From assembly GCF_028641065.1 (NCBI RefSeq), contig NC_073392.1:21886001-21950000 (forward strand): DNA of 64,000 nt. The letters run 5' to 3'. The notes beneath the pieces are model-generated. The model was not told the origin of the DNA. It did not search any database and saw only the letters and a list, made by a program, of their open reading frames with translations. A program made the position numbers and the translations under genes. Positions within the stretch are counted from its first letter, which is position 1, and each line of letters starts with the position of its first letter. Origin of the DNA: Leucoraja erinacea (taxonomy: Eukaryota). Of this stretch, positions 36,857 through 48,575 are shown one piece after another.

Positions 36857-37620
36857 GGGACTACACTCATTTCAGAATCACACTTTATTCGCCAAGTATG
36901 TTTTGCAACATACGAGGAATTCCATTGGCCAGTTCAGTCATACAATTAAAAGCGACAGATCACTCAAAAACACATTTTAACATGAACATCCACCACAATG
37001 ACTCCTACACATTCCTCACTGTGATGGAAGGCGAAGTAAAGTTCAAGTCCTTCCCTTAGTTCTTCCTCGGTCGTGGACCTCGAGCCCTTGTGGACCTCGT
37101 TGACGGGATGATCTTGACTCCCATAGCCGGCGGCGTTCGGGGCCCTCCGCTTCGAGGCGATCAGCTCCCGCATCGGGAGGATGTCAGCTCCCCCGCACCG
37201 GGCGATCGAACCTCACGTCGGGGCTGGTCGAATCTTCCGCGAGGTTGGAGCTTCCCGACTACCCTCTCCCGACTACAAACTTGATGGTAAAGTCCGCGGT
37301 GGCCACTGTGGGAGCGATCCCACGCAACGGATCAGCTCCGATGTTAAGTCCACGCCCCGCGATAGAGCTCAAAGTCAGTCCGAGGAGGCTTCCAGCTCCA
37401 TCGATGGAAGACCGCAGAGCGTCTGGAGAATGTGATCCGAAAATTAATCACATCTCCAGCAAGATAAGAACTCGAAGAAAAGTTTCCCCTAATCCCCTCC
37501 CCCCACATAAAACAAACCGAAGAACATTGAAACAAACTTTTAACACACTAAAAAAAACCAATAAGAATGAAATAACGAACAGACTGCCGGCAGGGCAGCC
37601 ATCGCCCCGGCGCCCCTGGT
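36857..37620 (-). mobile_element. Apparently full-length non-autonomous retroelement with Rex1-like tail
   Basis: 5' ggcgccggggcgatggctgcc; central gccttccatcacagtgagga..tgtggtgga; tail aattcctcgtatgttgcaaaacatacttggcgaataaa. Confidence 0.7.
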
Positions 37621-37879
37621 GGTCACTCATTTGGTTCCATAGTTACCTTCCTATCACAACAATGCCATTTTAGGAGTCCCACAGAAATAAATACATTGCC
37701 ATTTTATTATCTAATGCTGTCTCTTGGTGCCTGATCTCATGTCAGCTTATTAATCTAATTCTCAAGTATAAGCAATGGTATTGTGGTAGCAATTTTGTCT
37801 CCACGTCAGATTTACAGGTTCCAGCATATAATCCAGCATATATATATTTGAGCATATAATCAAATCATTGCAGGGCAGA

Positions 37880-38170
37880 GAGAGTGTTTCATTGCTGGAG
37901 ATTCTACCAAATGGCTGAGATAATAAATGTGGACCCAACTTGATGTTTCAGAAGAATGTAAAAAGACCCGACGCTCTAATTCAAAGGTTGTAAGCTCAGT
38001 TCTCTAGTGACCAGGCTGATGTTTATAACTGGGCTTTAATGTGTGAGTGTTCCAATTGCAAAACAGCGGTCACCATTTCCAATACTACAACAAAAAGTAC
38101 TTTATTGACTATACTCTTTTGGACCTCCTGTAGTTAGGAAAGCTCTTTGGATGAATTAGATTTCTTCCTT
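37880..38170 (+). mobile_element. Ancient DeuSINE (SacSINE1/AmnSINE1-like)
   Basis: gtaaaaagaccc..., catttccaatactacaac.aaaagtactttattg and ttggacctcctg..gaaagc resemble the Deu-domain and tail consensus as I recall it. Confidence 0.5.
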
Positions 38171-38984
38171 TAACTGTTCTATCCACTTTTCCCACCTCTA
38201 CATCTCTCCTAATTATTTCAATTCCTATCCTGTTATGCTACTTGTCCAATGTCCAATCTTAGAAAGGATGCAACTTCCTCTAGTTAAAAACAATCTTCAC
38301 AGTTTGCCACAAACCCCCATTCAGTGCCGTGGACACTGCGCCTGCCTGTAGCTGATCAACTGCAACATTTATTTCAAATAAATCAGACTGGAGCTTCCAG
38401 CCAACACAGGAGCTATGACTTCTACTGCTAATCAACATTCATTCATGCCACCCCCTATTTCATTTCAACTGCCGTTGAAATCTCAACCATGCCTTTAACT
38501 AATTCATCTCATGGTTTGCCTTATCCTCTGTTAACTTCTGCTTATCCAAACCCTCGGTGCTTGCACCACTTACTCAACTGATGTTATTATCCTTCATTTA
38601 GATTTCCTTTTCCTTTTCTTGTGTTTAAATTATTTTATGGCTTTACATTCCCTGTGTAATTTCCATGAGCAATATAATTCCTCTCACTTCAGTTGCTTGT
38701 GCATAACCTTTCCTTTAATTCAATGAATGTGTGCCTGCAAAGGTTCCATATCATTTATTCCCAGATAGTGAATGTTGACGAGACTAAGGAGTGGCTTGAA
38801 TGTATTTATTTATTTTCTGACAGGAACCACTGGTGGTAATCAGAACTGGGAATCCTGGGCACTGTTTTCTTCCTGCGCTCAGAGCCAGAGAGATTAATGG
38901 AATCTGTCAACACTGGTGAAATCATGCAATTCAGTTTGAGCATCAAATTGGAGACCTTTTGATGTTTGCTTTTCCCGCCGGAGG

Positions 38985-39380
38985 AGGATGAGGGGTGATC
39001 TTATAAAGGCGTGTAAAACATAAGAGGAATAAATAGGGTAGATGTACAGAATCCTTTACCCAGAGTAGGGAAATCAAGAATGAGGACATTGGTTTAAGTT
39101 GAGAGGGGAAAGATTTAATAGGAATCTGAGGGGCAACTTTTATACGCACAGGATGATTGATATATGGGATGAGTTGCTGGAGGAGGTAATTGATGCAGAA
39201 GCTATAACGCCATTTAAAAGACAATTGGACAGGTACTTAGATAGGAAAAGGTTAAAGGGATACGGGCCAAACAAGGGCAGATGGGACTGGTGTAGTTGGG
39301 GCACCTTGGTCAGCAGGGGCAAGCTGGGCCGAATGGCCTGTTCCATGCTGTATGACTCCAAGACTACGACACTATGACTC
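38985..39380 (+). mobile_element. CR1 3' fragment whose tail abuts the DOCK3 5' splice site
   Basis: RGERFNRNLRGNF; tail tgtatgactccaagactacgacactatgact. Confidence 0.85.
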
Positions 39381-39382
39381 AC

Positions 39383-39507
39383 CTTCAGTATTTCTCCATC
39401 TGCATAAAGAACGTACATTGTTACTTCAATGTTCTTCTGAACACTCTTTCCACCTCTCTCAAAATCCCCTCGTTCCAATGTCAGATACAGATCGTTCCTG
39501 ATGTCAC
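39383..39507 (-). CDS. DOCK3: DOCK3 coding exon, downstream tandem copy of the same DHR-1 exon
   Basis: Same 125-nt exon and splice sites, offset by 370 bp; splices in frame to 35357-35519. Confidence 0.85.
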
Positions 39508-39752
39508 CTGTATGATGTTCACATAACATGTCCAAACAAATTACATTAATAATATTGAAAGGAATAACTCAAGAATTAAATTGACATTCAACAAAGGTTC
39601 AGTGTTGATGGACATATGTGCAGATAGTTTACACTTAAGTTTACACGCAGTGGTGAATTACTTCAAAAAGGGAAAGGATAAGTACTGGCTGAACTGGGCC
39701 GAATGGCCTGTTCCATGCTGTATGACTCCAAGACTACGACACTATGACTCAC

Positions 39753-39877
39753 CTTCAGTATTTCTCCATCTGCATAAAGAACGTACATTGTTACTTCAAT
39801 GTTCTTCTGAACACTCTTTCCACCTCTCTCAAAATCCCCTCGTTCCAATGTCAGATACAGATCGTTCCTGATGTCAC
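39753..39877 (-). CDS. DOCK3: DOCK3 coding exon, start of DHR-1/C2 domain, upstream tandem copy: (G)DIRNDLYLTLERGDFERGGKSVQKNIEVTMYVLYADGEILK
   Basis: 125 nt, cag|GT..AAG|gtgagt, phase 1 to 0. The peptide matches the DOCK3 sequence as I recall it. Identical to the copy at 39383-39507. Confidence 0.85.
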
Positions 39878-42129
39878 CTGTATGATGTTCACATAACATG
39901 TCCAAACAAATTACATTAATAATATTGAAAGGAATAACTCAAGAATTAAATTGACATTCAACAAAGGTTCAGTGTTGATGGACATATGTGCAGATAGTTT
40001 ACACTTAAGTTTACACGCAGTGGTGAATTACTCCAAAAAGGGAAAGGATAAGTACTGGCTGAACACAGATACAAAGTCCCTGTGATTTCCATATAATTCC
40101 CAAGACTGTAACAAACATTGCCCACGGAGGGTTCTGTTGAATTACCCAATCAAAAATATTAATGCTATGTTTCTCCAACATTTCATGTTTTAAACTTAAA
40201 AAAATCTAGCAGTATTCTTCTGTTAGTTTGATCCACTTTTATCACTATAGCAGAGTATATTGTCTGATGCCCGAGTGCACACAAGGGAACATGAAATATT
40301 ATGAATAGTGTTGTAATATGGTATTACATTACTAACATTATTATTACCTATATGTTGTGTTATTACTCAAAATAGAATCAAGACAGTTGAACTTTCACTG
40401 CAAAAGTTGACAAGATTAGTTCATAACACACTTTTATTCAGTTAAATGAGTTGCAGTAAAACTTTGCATCATAGTGAAATGAACTTTCTGATATAAACAG
40501 TGGTTTTGAAGTGTGGTCAAAGAAAAGAGCAGTTAGTCAAAGTGCCCATGTAAGAAATCATATGGCACAACAATGCCACCCTTTAATATTTTAAGTTTAA
40601 TATTTATGTTTATGCTAATAAATAAAATGGCATAGAATGATGAAATGTGGTTAAATCAGGAAGTCTTATTTAAGCATTGGAAAAAACAAAAATATGTATT
40701 TTTACACAAATAGTCTGTTTTCAAAGAATTGGAAATAGAAACATTCTGATGCCATTTCTGATTTGTACATTTGATGTAGGTAATGTGACGCAGCACACTA
40801 TTCAACAAATTCCAATCCAACTCACTGATACCTCATCCTTAGCATCAATAAATCATTTGAGTGTACCACATTTTCAAATGTCTTGAGCATGTATTTGTAA
40901 TTGCTTCTGGGAATCTTAGAGGAAGACAGTTGACGACCAACATTTTAAATCATTAAGATACTGCTTCTTACTCTTGTAAATTGAACCTTAACGCGAGTGG
41001 TAAATTCTCACTGTGTCTTAAACTGGGAGCTGTTCTAAATATTTTGCTTAACATTCATAGAAATTATTTATGGTATATATTTAATTTCCAACCACCACCC
41101 ATGCTCCCAAACCATGGGTAAAAATCACCATGTCAGTAAGGTACAATAAGTATACGAATGACATAGAAAGAGATCTTGTTCATCTGTGCTAGTTTTTACC
41201 TTCCATTCAAAGCTATAGACAGAAATGTCTACGAATACTTGATGTTACATGACTAACAATTTGGTACACAACTATGATATTCAGTATAAAGAAACAATTT
41301 AAAACAACAAAATCAGGTCAGTTTTCACCCGATGAAAGAGAAACAGGGTTGATTTCCCTTTACACAGGTGCTGTCTGACCCACGTATTTCCAACATTTTG
41401 TATTTAAAAATCATCAGTCATGTCTAGAATAAAGTTCATTTTAATTTTGCACAACAGGCATGCAGTTCTCTAGCTTTAGTTTTCTCTCATTAGATCCTCC
41501 CCATCAAAGGAAATGGGGAAGTGTCTTATTGAGGTTCTACTTTGACGGCTTTTGTCTACCCATACTTTTCACTGGCAAAGTTTATTTTTAAAGAGTGATG
41601 GAATCAATAAAAACATCAAAAAGGGTTGCATGTCCACTTCAGCCATGTAGCCATGGAACCAAGACAAAAATATATTTCAATTTAGCATTGCACAGAGGCC
41701 AGATAGGTAACATTATGTGATTGCAGACTTATTTTCAATACCGTCCACAAACGGTGTATAGAAACTATTGTAAAATACAGAAAATATCAAAATGTTACTT
41801 AAATTTGTTCATTTCAGGATGAAAGGAAGCAGTAAACTGGAAGCCACAATTAATGTAATAAAAATGCCTACAAATTCTGTATTTCGAGCTAAATTCTCTC
41901 CTGTCAAAGCTTTATTAATACATAAATGCCTTTTCTCAAAAGTTCAGGCTATGACTTTCCCAATCCAGCATGGGCTTTAATGTACTGTCATGGATGACCA
42001 GAGGATATCTGTGGCTACACATGGTCGCAGGCTAGAAATTAGAAGATGATTCCAGAGGAGATGGTTAAAGTCACTACACCCATTTCCTCCACCCATCATC
42101 CTCATGATTCTGCCAATGTTAGGGATTAC

Positions 42130-42940
42130 TTGAAGACGCAAGAGAATCCAGATGCTGGAATCTGAGAAAATAAACTAAACTGCTCAAGGAACTCAGCAAG
42201 TGCTATGGAGGGAAAGGATTGTCAATGTTTTGGGTTGTGATCCTGCATCAGGTCTCAGAGTGGTGAGCTAGTACAAAGAGGAGTTGGGGAGGGATGAGTC
42301 ATGTGGTAGTTAATGATAGGTGGACCAAAGAGGGGTGAGGGATGATGGGCAGAGGAGCTTGTTGCAGCAACAGGCAGATGGGGAAGGGTAGGGTAAAGGT
42401 GGAGACAGAAGCTGGAGTGTAATTAATGGGGAGGCAGAGATTATGTGCTGGCATCCGATAGGGTAGAAAGATGATAATCGGGACACAAGAAACTGCAGAT
42501 ACCGGATCTTTGAGCAAAAATCAAAAGGTTGGAGGAACTCAGTATGCCAGGAATCACCTGTGAGGGAATGGAAGATTACTTTTTAGGTCAGGACCCTTCT
42601 TCAAACTGGTAGCCTTTATCACCCTTCAGTCTGTCTCCACCTTTACCATCTCCTCCTCCCACCTGCCTCTATTTATGCATTTTTTCCCCTTGTCTGTTTC
42701 TACCTATCACTCACCTGCCTCTGACTCCCAACTCAACCATCCCCTCTCCTTTCTCCACCTGGCCCTTTCTACCCATTATACATAGCCCCTCCTTGTTCCA
42801 CATAATACCTACCAGCTCCTCTTTCATCCCTTCCGCTCTTCTCTTTATATCAGCTATCATCCCTCTCTACTCTCAGTCATAAAGCAGGATTTTGACCCAA
42901 AACATCAACAATTCCTTCCTCCACCCCCATAGGTTTTGCC
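42130..42940. mobile_element. Cluster of decayed Penelope terminal repeats (tandem and inverted)
   Basis: Repeated aagagaatccagatgctgg / aagaaactgcagataccgg heads; decayed cores near 42225-42255, 42580-42607 and 42875-42910. Confidence 0.55.
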
Positions 42941-43414
42941 CGAACTCTGGGTCATAGGTCAGTATTGTAAATTATCTGTCGTATGATTAACCTCAAACCC
43001 GTATTGTCATGCCTCATGAAATTCCTTTAATAGCTTCAAAACCAGGTTAGCATCTGCTGTGAAATTGTTTTTATGGACAGAGTCAAAGATGGTGTGGGAA
43101 GTTGGCCAGTTTCTTGCATCCTAGCCCAGAGGCTGCTCCTGTCGAACACTGGAAATCAGCTGCAATCAGCTGACTCAAAGAGCATTGCAGTCTGATAAAT
43201 ACACTCAGCAATTAGGAAAGCCACAGCAATGACAATTTTCAGTCCAGTTTGGCTGTGAAGTTATCGTGCTGAAATTAGGTGGCAACGAAACACAATAATT
43301 GTACTGATTAGCTTATTAGTATAACTTTTTGAAATTCAAATATTAAAAAGCTGAATTTATTCACAGCAGAGTATTGTTGAGCAAACATAGCATGCACAAT
43401 CACATTGATTCCTT

Positions 43415-43820
43415 CATTCATTTAGAGTCATAGCATGCAATGAGGCCCTACGACCCACTGAATCTGTACCGAGTATCAACTCAAAATCGAGAGGTAAAAT
43501 CATGAAAGATCGGGTATATGCACAGATTCTCTTGCCCAGAAGAGGGTAATCAAGAACTAGAGGACATAGGTTTAAGGTAGGGGAGGGAAGATTTATTTGG
43601 AACCTGAGGGGTAACTTTTTCAATCAAAGGATAGTGGGTGTTTGGAACGAGCTGCCGGAGGAAGTAATTGAGGCAGGTACTATCATATGGATAGGACAGG
43701 TTTAGAGGGATATAGGCCAAATGCAGACTGGTGGGCCTAGTGTAGATGGGACACATTGGCCGGCGTGGGCATGTTGGACCAAAGGGCCTGTCCCCATGCT
43801 GTAAGGCGCTATGACTCTGT
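43415..43820 (+). mobile_element. CR1 3' fragment(s)
   Basis: agaactagaggacataggtttaaggt...ggaacctgaggggtaactttt; tail ctatgactct. Confidence 0.75.
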
Positions 43821-44107
43821 GACCCATTAATGCTAATCCTACATTAATGCCCTTTCCCCCACACTTTTTCAACAACTTCCCACTGATTCTACTACTCGTC
43901 CACATATAGGGGCAAATTACAGTAGCCAATTAACACACCAGCATGCACATCTTATGAATATGGGAGGAATACAGAGAACCCACAGGAAACCCACATGATC
44001 ACAGAAAGAATGTGCAAACCACACAGACAATAACCAAGGTTAGGATTGAACCTGGACTTCTGATAATATGAGGCAGCAGCTCCACTAGCTGCACCTCTGT
44101 GCCATCC
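43820..44107 (-). mobile_element. HE1-like V-SINE
   Basis: ggaaacccacatgatcacagaaagaatgtgcaaac, ggattgaacctgg (B-box on the minus strand), tgaggcagcagctc. Confidence 0.7.
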
Positions 44108-44360
44108 TACTGATCATATGGATTGTTACTGATGGTAAATTGTAATTCAAGTATTGCTGCTGAAAATAAGGTTGCAGACATGGTCAAGTCTGCATTAAAA
44201 TTGTATTTTTAAATATAAAGTAAATTAATTATCTTTATATATGACAGCAATCTGTAGTATTTGAGTTATTTTTATGGGCTTCCAGGTAAATTACAAAGAA
44301 AATTATCTTAGAGGCACAATAAGCCAAATATTAACATTTACTCATCAAGTACAAAGTAAG

Positions 44361-44664
44361 TACTTAAAGGAGTTTAATGTTATAATAGAGCGATTGTTTC
44401 TATTTTCTCTCTCTTTCTTTTCTAGGGTCTATTTTCTCACTTTACTTCCTTCTCTAACTTCTTTCCTAAGGGGCTTTCTTTTCCCAACACTCTTGCACTG
44501 CACGACTCTCTTGCACTTTCTTTACTTCTACCTTTTTCTTAAAGCTCAAAAAAAATGAAGCGGTACAAAAAATGTATTAAGATATATGTGTTGTGTAGGA
44601 TTGTAATTTGCCGTACTTCTAATAAAAAAAAAAAAAATAAATAAAAAAAATAAAATAAAAAAAA
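44361..44664 (+). mobile_element. Poly(A)-tailed retro-insert (L1/Tx1-type 3' UTR) with 14-bp TSD
   Basis: TSD aagtacaaagtaag at 44347-44360 and 44665-44678; AATAAA followed by an A-rich tail. Confidence 0.8.
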
Positions 44665-45769
44665 AAGTACAAAGTAAGAAAAAAAACTTGACAGTATAAA
44701 ATAGCTCAAATGTTTCAATTATGCCCAATTCATATTTATCTTTCTTGGCCAGAGGAATGGAGATGCAGGAAATGAGGTAATGTTCCCACAAATTAAAATG
44801 AGGCCGCTTAAAGGATGCCAAGATTTCATAACACAGGAAATATAATACTTTGGGCATAAAATAAGAGATTTAGAATTTCATCAGCATATATTAAACTATT
44901 CATTTAAATAACTTGCCTAATAATGTGAATACATTATGTGAAGCTGTTAATGTCAGTAGCACACATCCCAATATCTGAACATAGCCATTGTTCTAATCTC
45001 CAAGTGATGAATAGCACAGTGACACTGTCTCTGTAAGCAGTGAGCATGAATAACAACATCCTTTTTCAAGCAACTGGCTCAGAATTCACTGCTAATTAAG
45101 TCACGCCCCTCGTTAACTGGCTGCTAAAGCAATTAAAGAGTTTTGGCTTAGAAACTTTGATATGCAGTGTTTTTTTTTATTGCATTTGCCAATTATCTAG
45201 AAATTGATTGTTTTCAGGACTCTGAAACACATCCAATTATGTCACACTTCTATCCAATGTTCATTTTGGATTATTACATGGGAAACATGGCCCATGTTGG
45301 TCCAGAGTTCCACTCTTTAGGCACACCCAGGTGAACCATGTTTTAACAGAGCTGCGAGCTAGGGTCACACTCAAGTCAATCAATAATTTAAGCCCTCTAC
45401 CTTGGGGTTCTCCCTATGCAGTGCCTCCACACCCACCTACCAATCTTATTCTGATACCCTGATTGGCTCAGTACCATTGCAATATTCTCCCAATGGCCCA
45501 GGCCCTGCTCCACGGTCCCATGATCAGACCAAATCTTGACCTTATGTTTTCTGATCACCTGGCTCAAATCTTTTTGGTAGCTTCCTGCATCCCCCACCCA
45601 GATCTAATTGGCTCCACTGCTCACCCTTTCTTGGCCTCTTAAATCCTATATACCATAATTTCCTTTGCAATCAATGAACCCTGTGAAAGAAAGTGTTCAG
45701 TAGTGATGCTTACATAGGGAATTGCAGAGAGATTCACATAAGCAACCAGAATCAAACAAAATCAAAGTC

Positions 45770-47975
45770 AATAGACAATAGATAATAGGTGCAGGTGTAG
45801 GCCATTTGGCACTTCGAGCCAGCACCGCCATTCAATGTGATCATGGCTGATCATCCACTATCAGCACCCCGTTCCTGCCTTCTCCCCATATCCCTTGACT
45901 CCGCTATCTTTAAGAGCTCCATCTAACTCTCTCTTGAAAGCATCCAGAGAACCGGCCTCCACCGCCCTCTGAGGCAGAGAATTCCACAGACTCACAACTC
46001 TCTGTGTGAAAAAGTATTTCTTCATCTCCATTCTAAATGGCCTACCCCTTATTCTTAAACTGTGGCCCCTGGTTCTGGACTCCCCCAACATCGGGAACGT
46101 TTCCTGCCTCTGTGATCAAGCCCTTAATAATCTTATATGTTTCAATAAGATATCCTCTCATCCTTCTAAATTCTGGAGTATACAAGCCCAACCGCTCCAT
46201 TCTCTCAGTATATGAAAGTCCCGCCATCTTGGGAATTAACCTTGGGGTAAACCTACGCTGCAGTCTCTCAATAGCAAGAATGTCCTTCCTCAAATTAGGG
46301 GACCAAAACTGCACACAATATTTCAGGTGTGGTCTCACTAGGACCCTGTACAACTGCAGAAGTACCTCTTTGCTCCTATACTCAACTCCTCTTGTTATGA
46401 AGGCCAACATGCCATTCGCTTTCTTGCTTACTTTCAGTGACTGATGAACAAGTACCCCCAGATTCCGTTGTACTTCCTCTTTTCCCAACTTGACATAATT
46501 TAGATAATAATCTGCCTTCCTGTTTTTGCCACCAAAGTGGATAACCTCACATTTATCCACATTAAACTGCATCTGCCATGCATCTGCCCACTCACCCAAC
46601 CTGTCCAAGTCACCCTACATCCTCATAGCATCCTCCTCACAGTTCACACTGCCACCCAGCTTTTGTGTCATCTGCAAATTTGTTAATGTTACTTTTAATC
46701 CCCTCATCTAAATCATTAATATATATTGTAAATAGCTATGGTCCCAGCACCGAGCCCTGCGGTACCCCACAAGTCACTGCCTGCAATTCTGGAAGGGACC
46801 CGTTAATCCCTACTCTTTGTTTCCTGTCAGCCAACCAATTTTCTATCCATGTCAGCACCCCACCCCCAATACCATGTACTCTAATTTTGCCCACTAATCT
46901 CCTATGTGGGGCCTTATCAAATGCTTTCTGAAAGTCCAGGTACACTGCATCCACTGGCTCTCCCGGTCCATTTTCCTAGTTACATCCTCAAAAAATTCCA
47001 GAAGATTAGTAAAGCATGATTTCCCCTTCATAAATCCATGCTAACTCGGACCGATCTTGCCACTGCTATCCAAATGTGCGGCTATCTCATCTTTTATAAT
47101 TGACTCCAGCATCTTCCCCACTACCGATGTCAGGCTAACTGGTCTATAATACCTTGTTTTCTCTCTCTTGCCTTTCTTAAAAAGTGGGATAGCATTAGCT
47201 ACCCTCCCATCCACAGGAACTGATCCTGAATCTATAGAACATTAGGAAATGATCGCCAATGCATCCATGGTTTCTAGAGCCACTTCCTTAAGTATCCTGG
47301 GATGCAGACCACCAGGCCCTGGGGGCTTATCAGCCTTCAGTCCAATCAGTCTACCCAGCACCAGTTCCTGCCCAATGTGAATTTCCTTCTGTTCCTGCGT
47401 CACCCTAGATCCTCTGGCCACTAGTACATCAGGGAGATTGTTTTTGTCCTCCTTAGTGAAGACGGATCCAAAGTACCTGTTCAACTCGTTTGCCATTCCC
47501 TTGTTCCCCATAATAAATTTGCCCTTTTTAGTCTTCAAGGGTCCAATTTTGGTCTTAACTAATTTTTTCCTCTTCACATACTTAATGAAGCTTTTACAAT
47601 CCTCCTTTATATTCTTGGCTAGCTTACTTTCGTATCTCAGTTTTTTCCCCGTATTGCCTTTTTAGTTATCTTCTGTTGCTCTTTAAAAGTTACCCAATCC
47701 TCTGGCTTCCCGCTCATCTTTGCTATGTTATACTTGTTCTCTTTTATTTTTATACTGTCTCTGACATCCCTTGTCAGCCACGGTCACCCCTTACTCCCCT
47801 TGTAATCTTTCTTCCTCTTTGGAATGAACTGATCCTGCACCTTTTGTATTATTCCCAGAAATACCTGCCACTGTCACCCCTGCTAGGGTATCTTTCCAGT
47901 CAACTTTGGCCAGCTCCTCCCTCATGGCTCCATACTGCTTTGTTCAACTGTAATACTGACACCTCCAATTTACCC
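45770..47975 (-). mobile_element. CR1 (HER1-like) LINE, about 2.2 kb
   Basis: ORFs 45861-46091, 46042-46608, 46736-46954 and 47242-47577 are successive ORF2 segments; (ctattgt)n tail. Confidence 0.93.
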
Positions 47976-48279
47976 ATGCATTTTGCAGTGAAGATTATTG
48001 TTTGGGGTGAAGAATTGAGCAGTAACACTGCATGAGATCATTGATCTACAGTGTATTAAGGAGCAGCTATAACTTAGATATGCTTATGTTGGGTGATGAT
48101 AATATTGTGCAGGAAATGTCGACACTGTAATTTTTGAGCAGTGTAATTCTAAACAGGAGCAATGATTGAGAGATATCTTTGAAACACTGAACCCTGATTG
48201 TTAGACACAAAGAGTCAGTCACTGCAACCCTAACACTTATTAGCTTCTTTCCACAATTCCAAGAACAGTATTTAACTTA

Positions 48280-48575
48280 GGGCAGCAAGTGGAGTATCTG
48301 GTGAGCTGCTGCCTCACAAAACCAGAGACCTAGGTTTGATGCTTAGGTGCTGTCTGTGTGGTTTGCGCGTTCTCCCTGCGACCATATTGGTATCCCCCTG
48401 GTTGTTCTGGTTTCCTACCACATCCCAAAGACGTGCAGATTTGTAAGTTAATTGACCTCTATAAATTGTCCCTAGAGTGCGGAAAGTGCATAGAACTAGT
48501 GTGAACGGGTGATTGATGGTGGGCGTGGATCCGGTGGGCCAAAGGTCCTATTTCCATGCTGTACCTTTAAAACTT
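48280..48575 (+). mobile_element. HE1-like V-SINE
   Basis: gctgctgcctcaca..ccagagacctaggtttgat head; gctgtctgtgtgg..tgcgcgttctccc V-domain; CR1-type tail gggccaaagg..tttccatgctgt. Confidence 0.8.

Larger units (their letters stand above)
39324..40063. repeat. Tandem duplication, 2 x 370 bp, each unit containing a DOCK3 exon
   Basis: 39324-39693 vs 39694-40063 are identical except T39663/C40033. Confidence 0.95.

Noticed and set aside
3623-39877. Alternative assignment as DOCK4 or DOCK1/2/5
   Set aside because: Peptides such as GDIRNDLYLTLE, KSVQKNIEVTMYVLYADGEILK, LYLGLPCCKED and RQDHIQEAMR fit DOCK3 as I recall it better than its paralogues; a BLASTP search would confirm.
41200-41212. 13-nt AG/GT-bounded minus-strand segment (possible second microexon)
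   Set aside because: Not a multiple of 3, weak donor (GTAAAA) and short pyrimidine tract.
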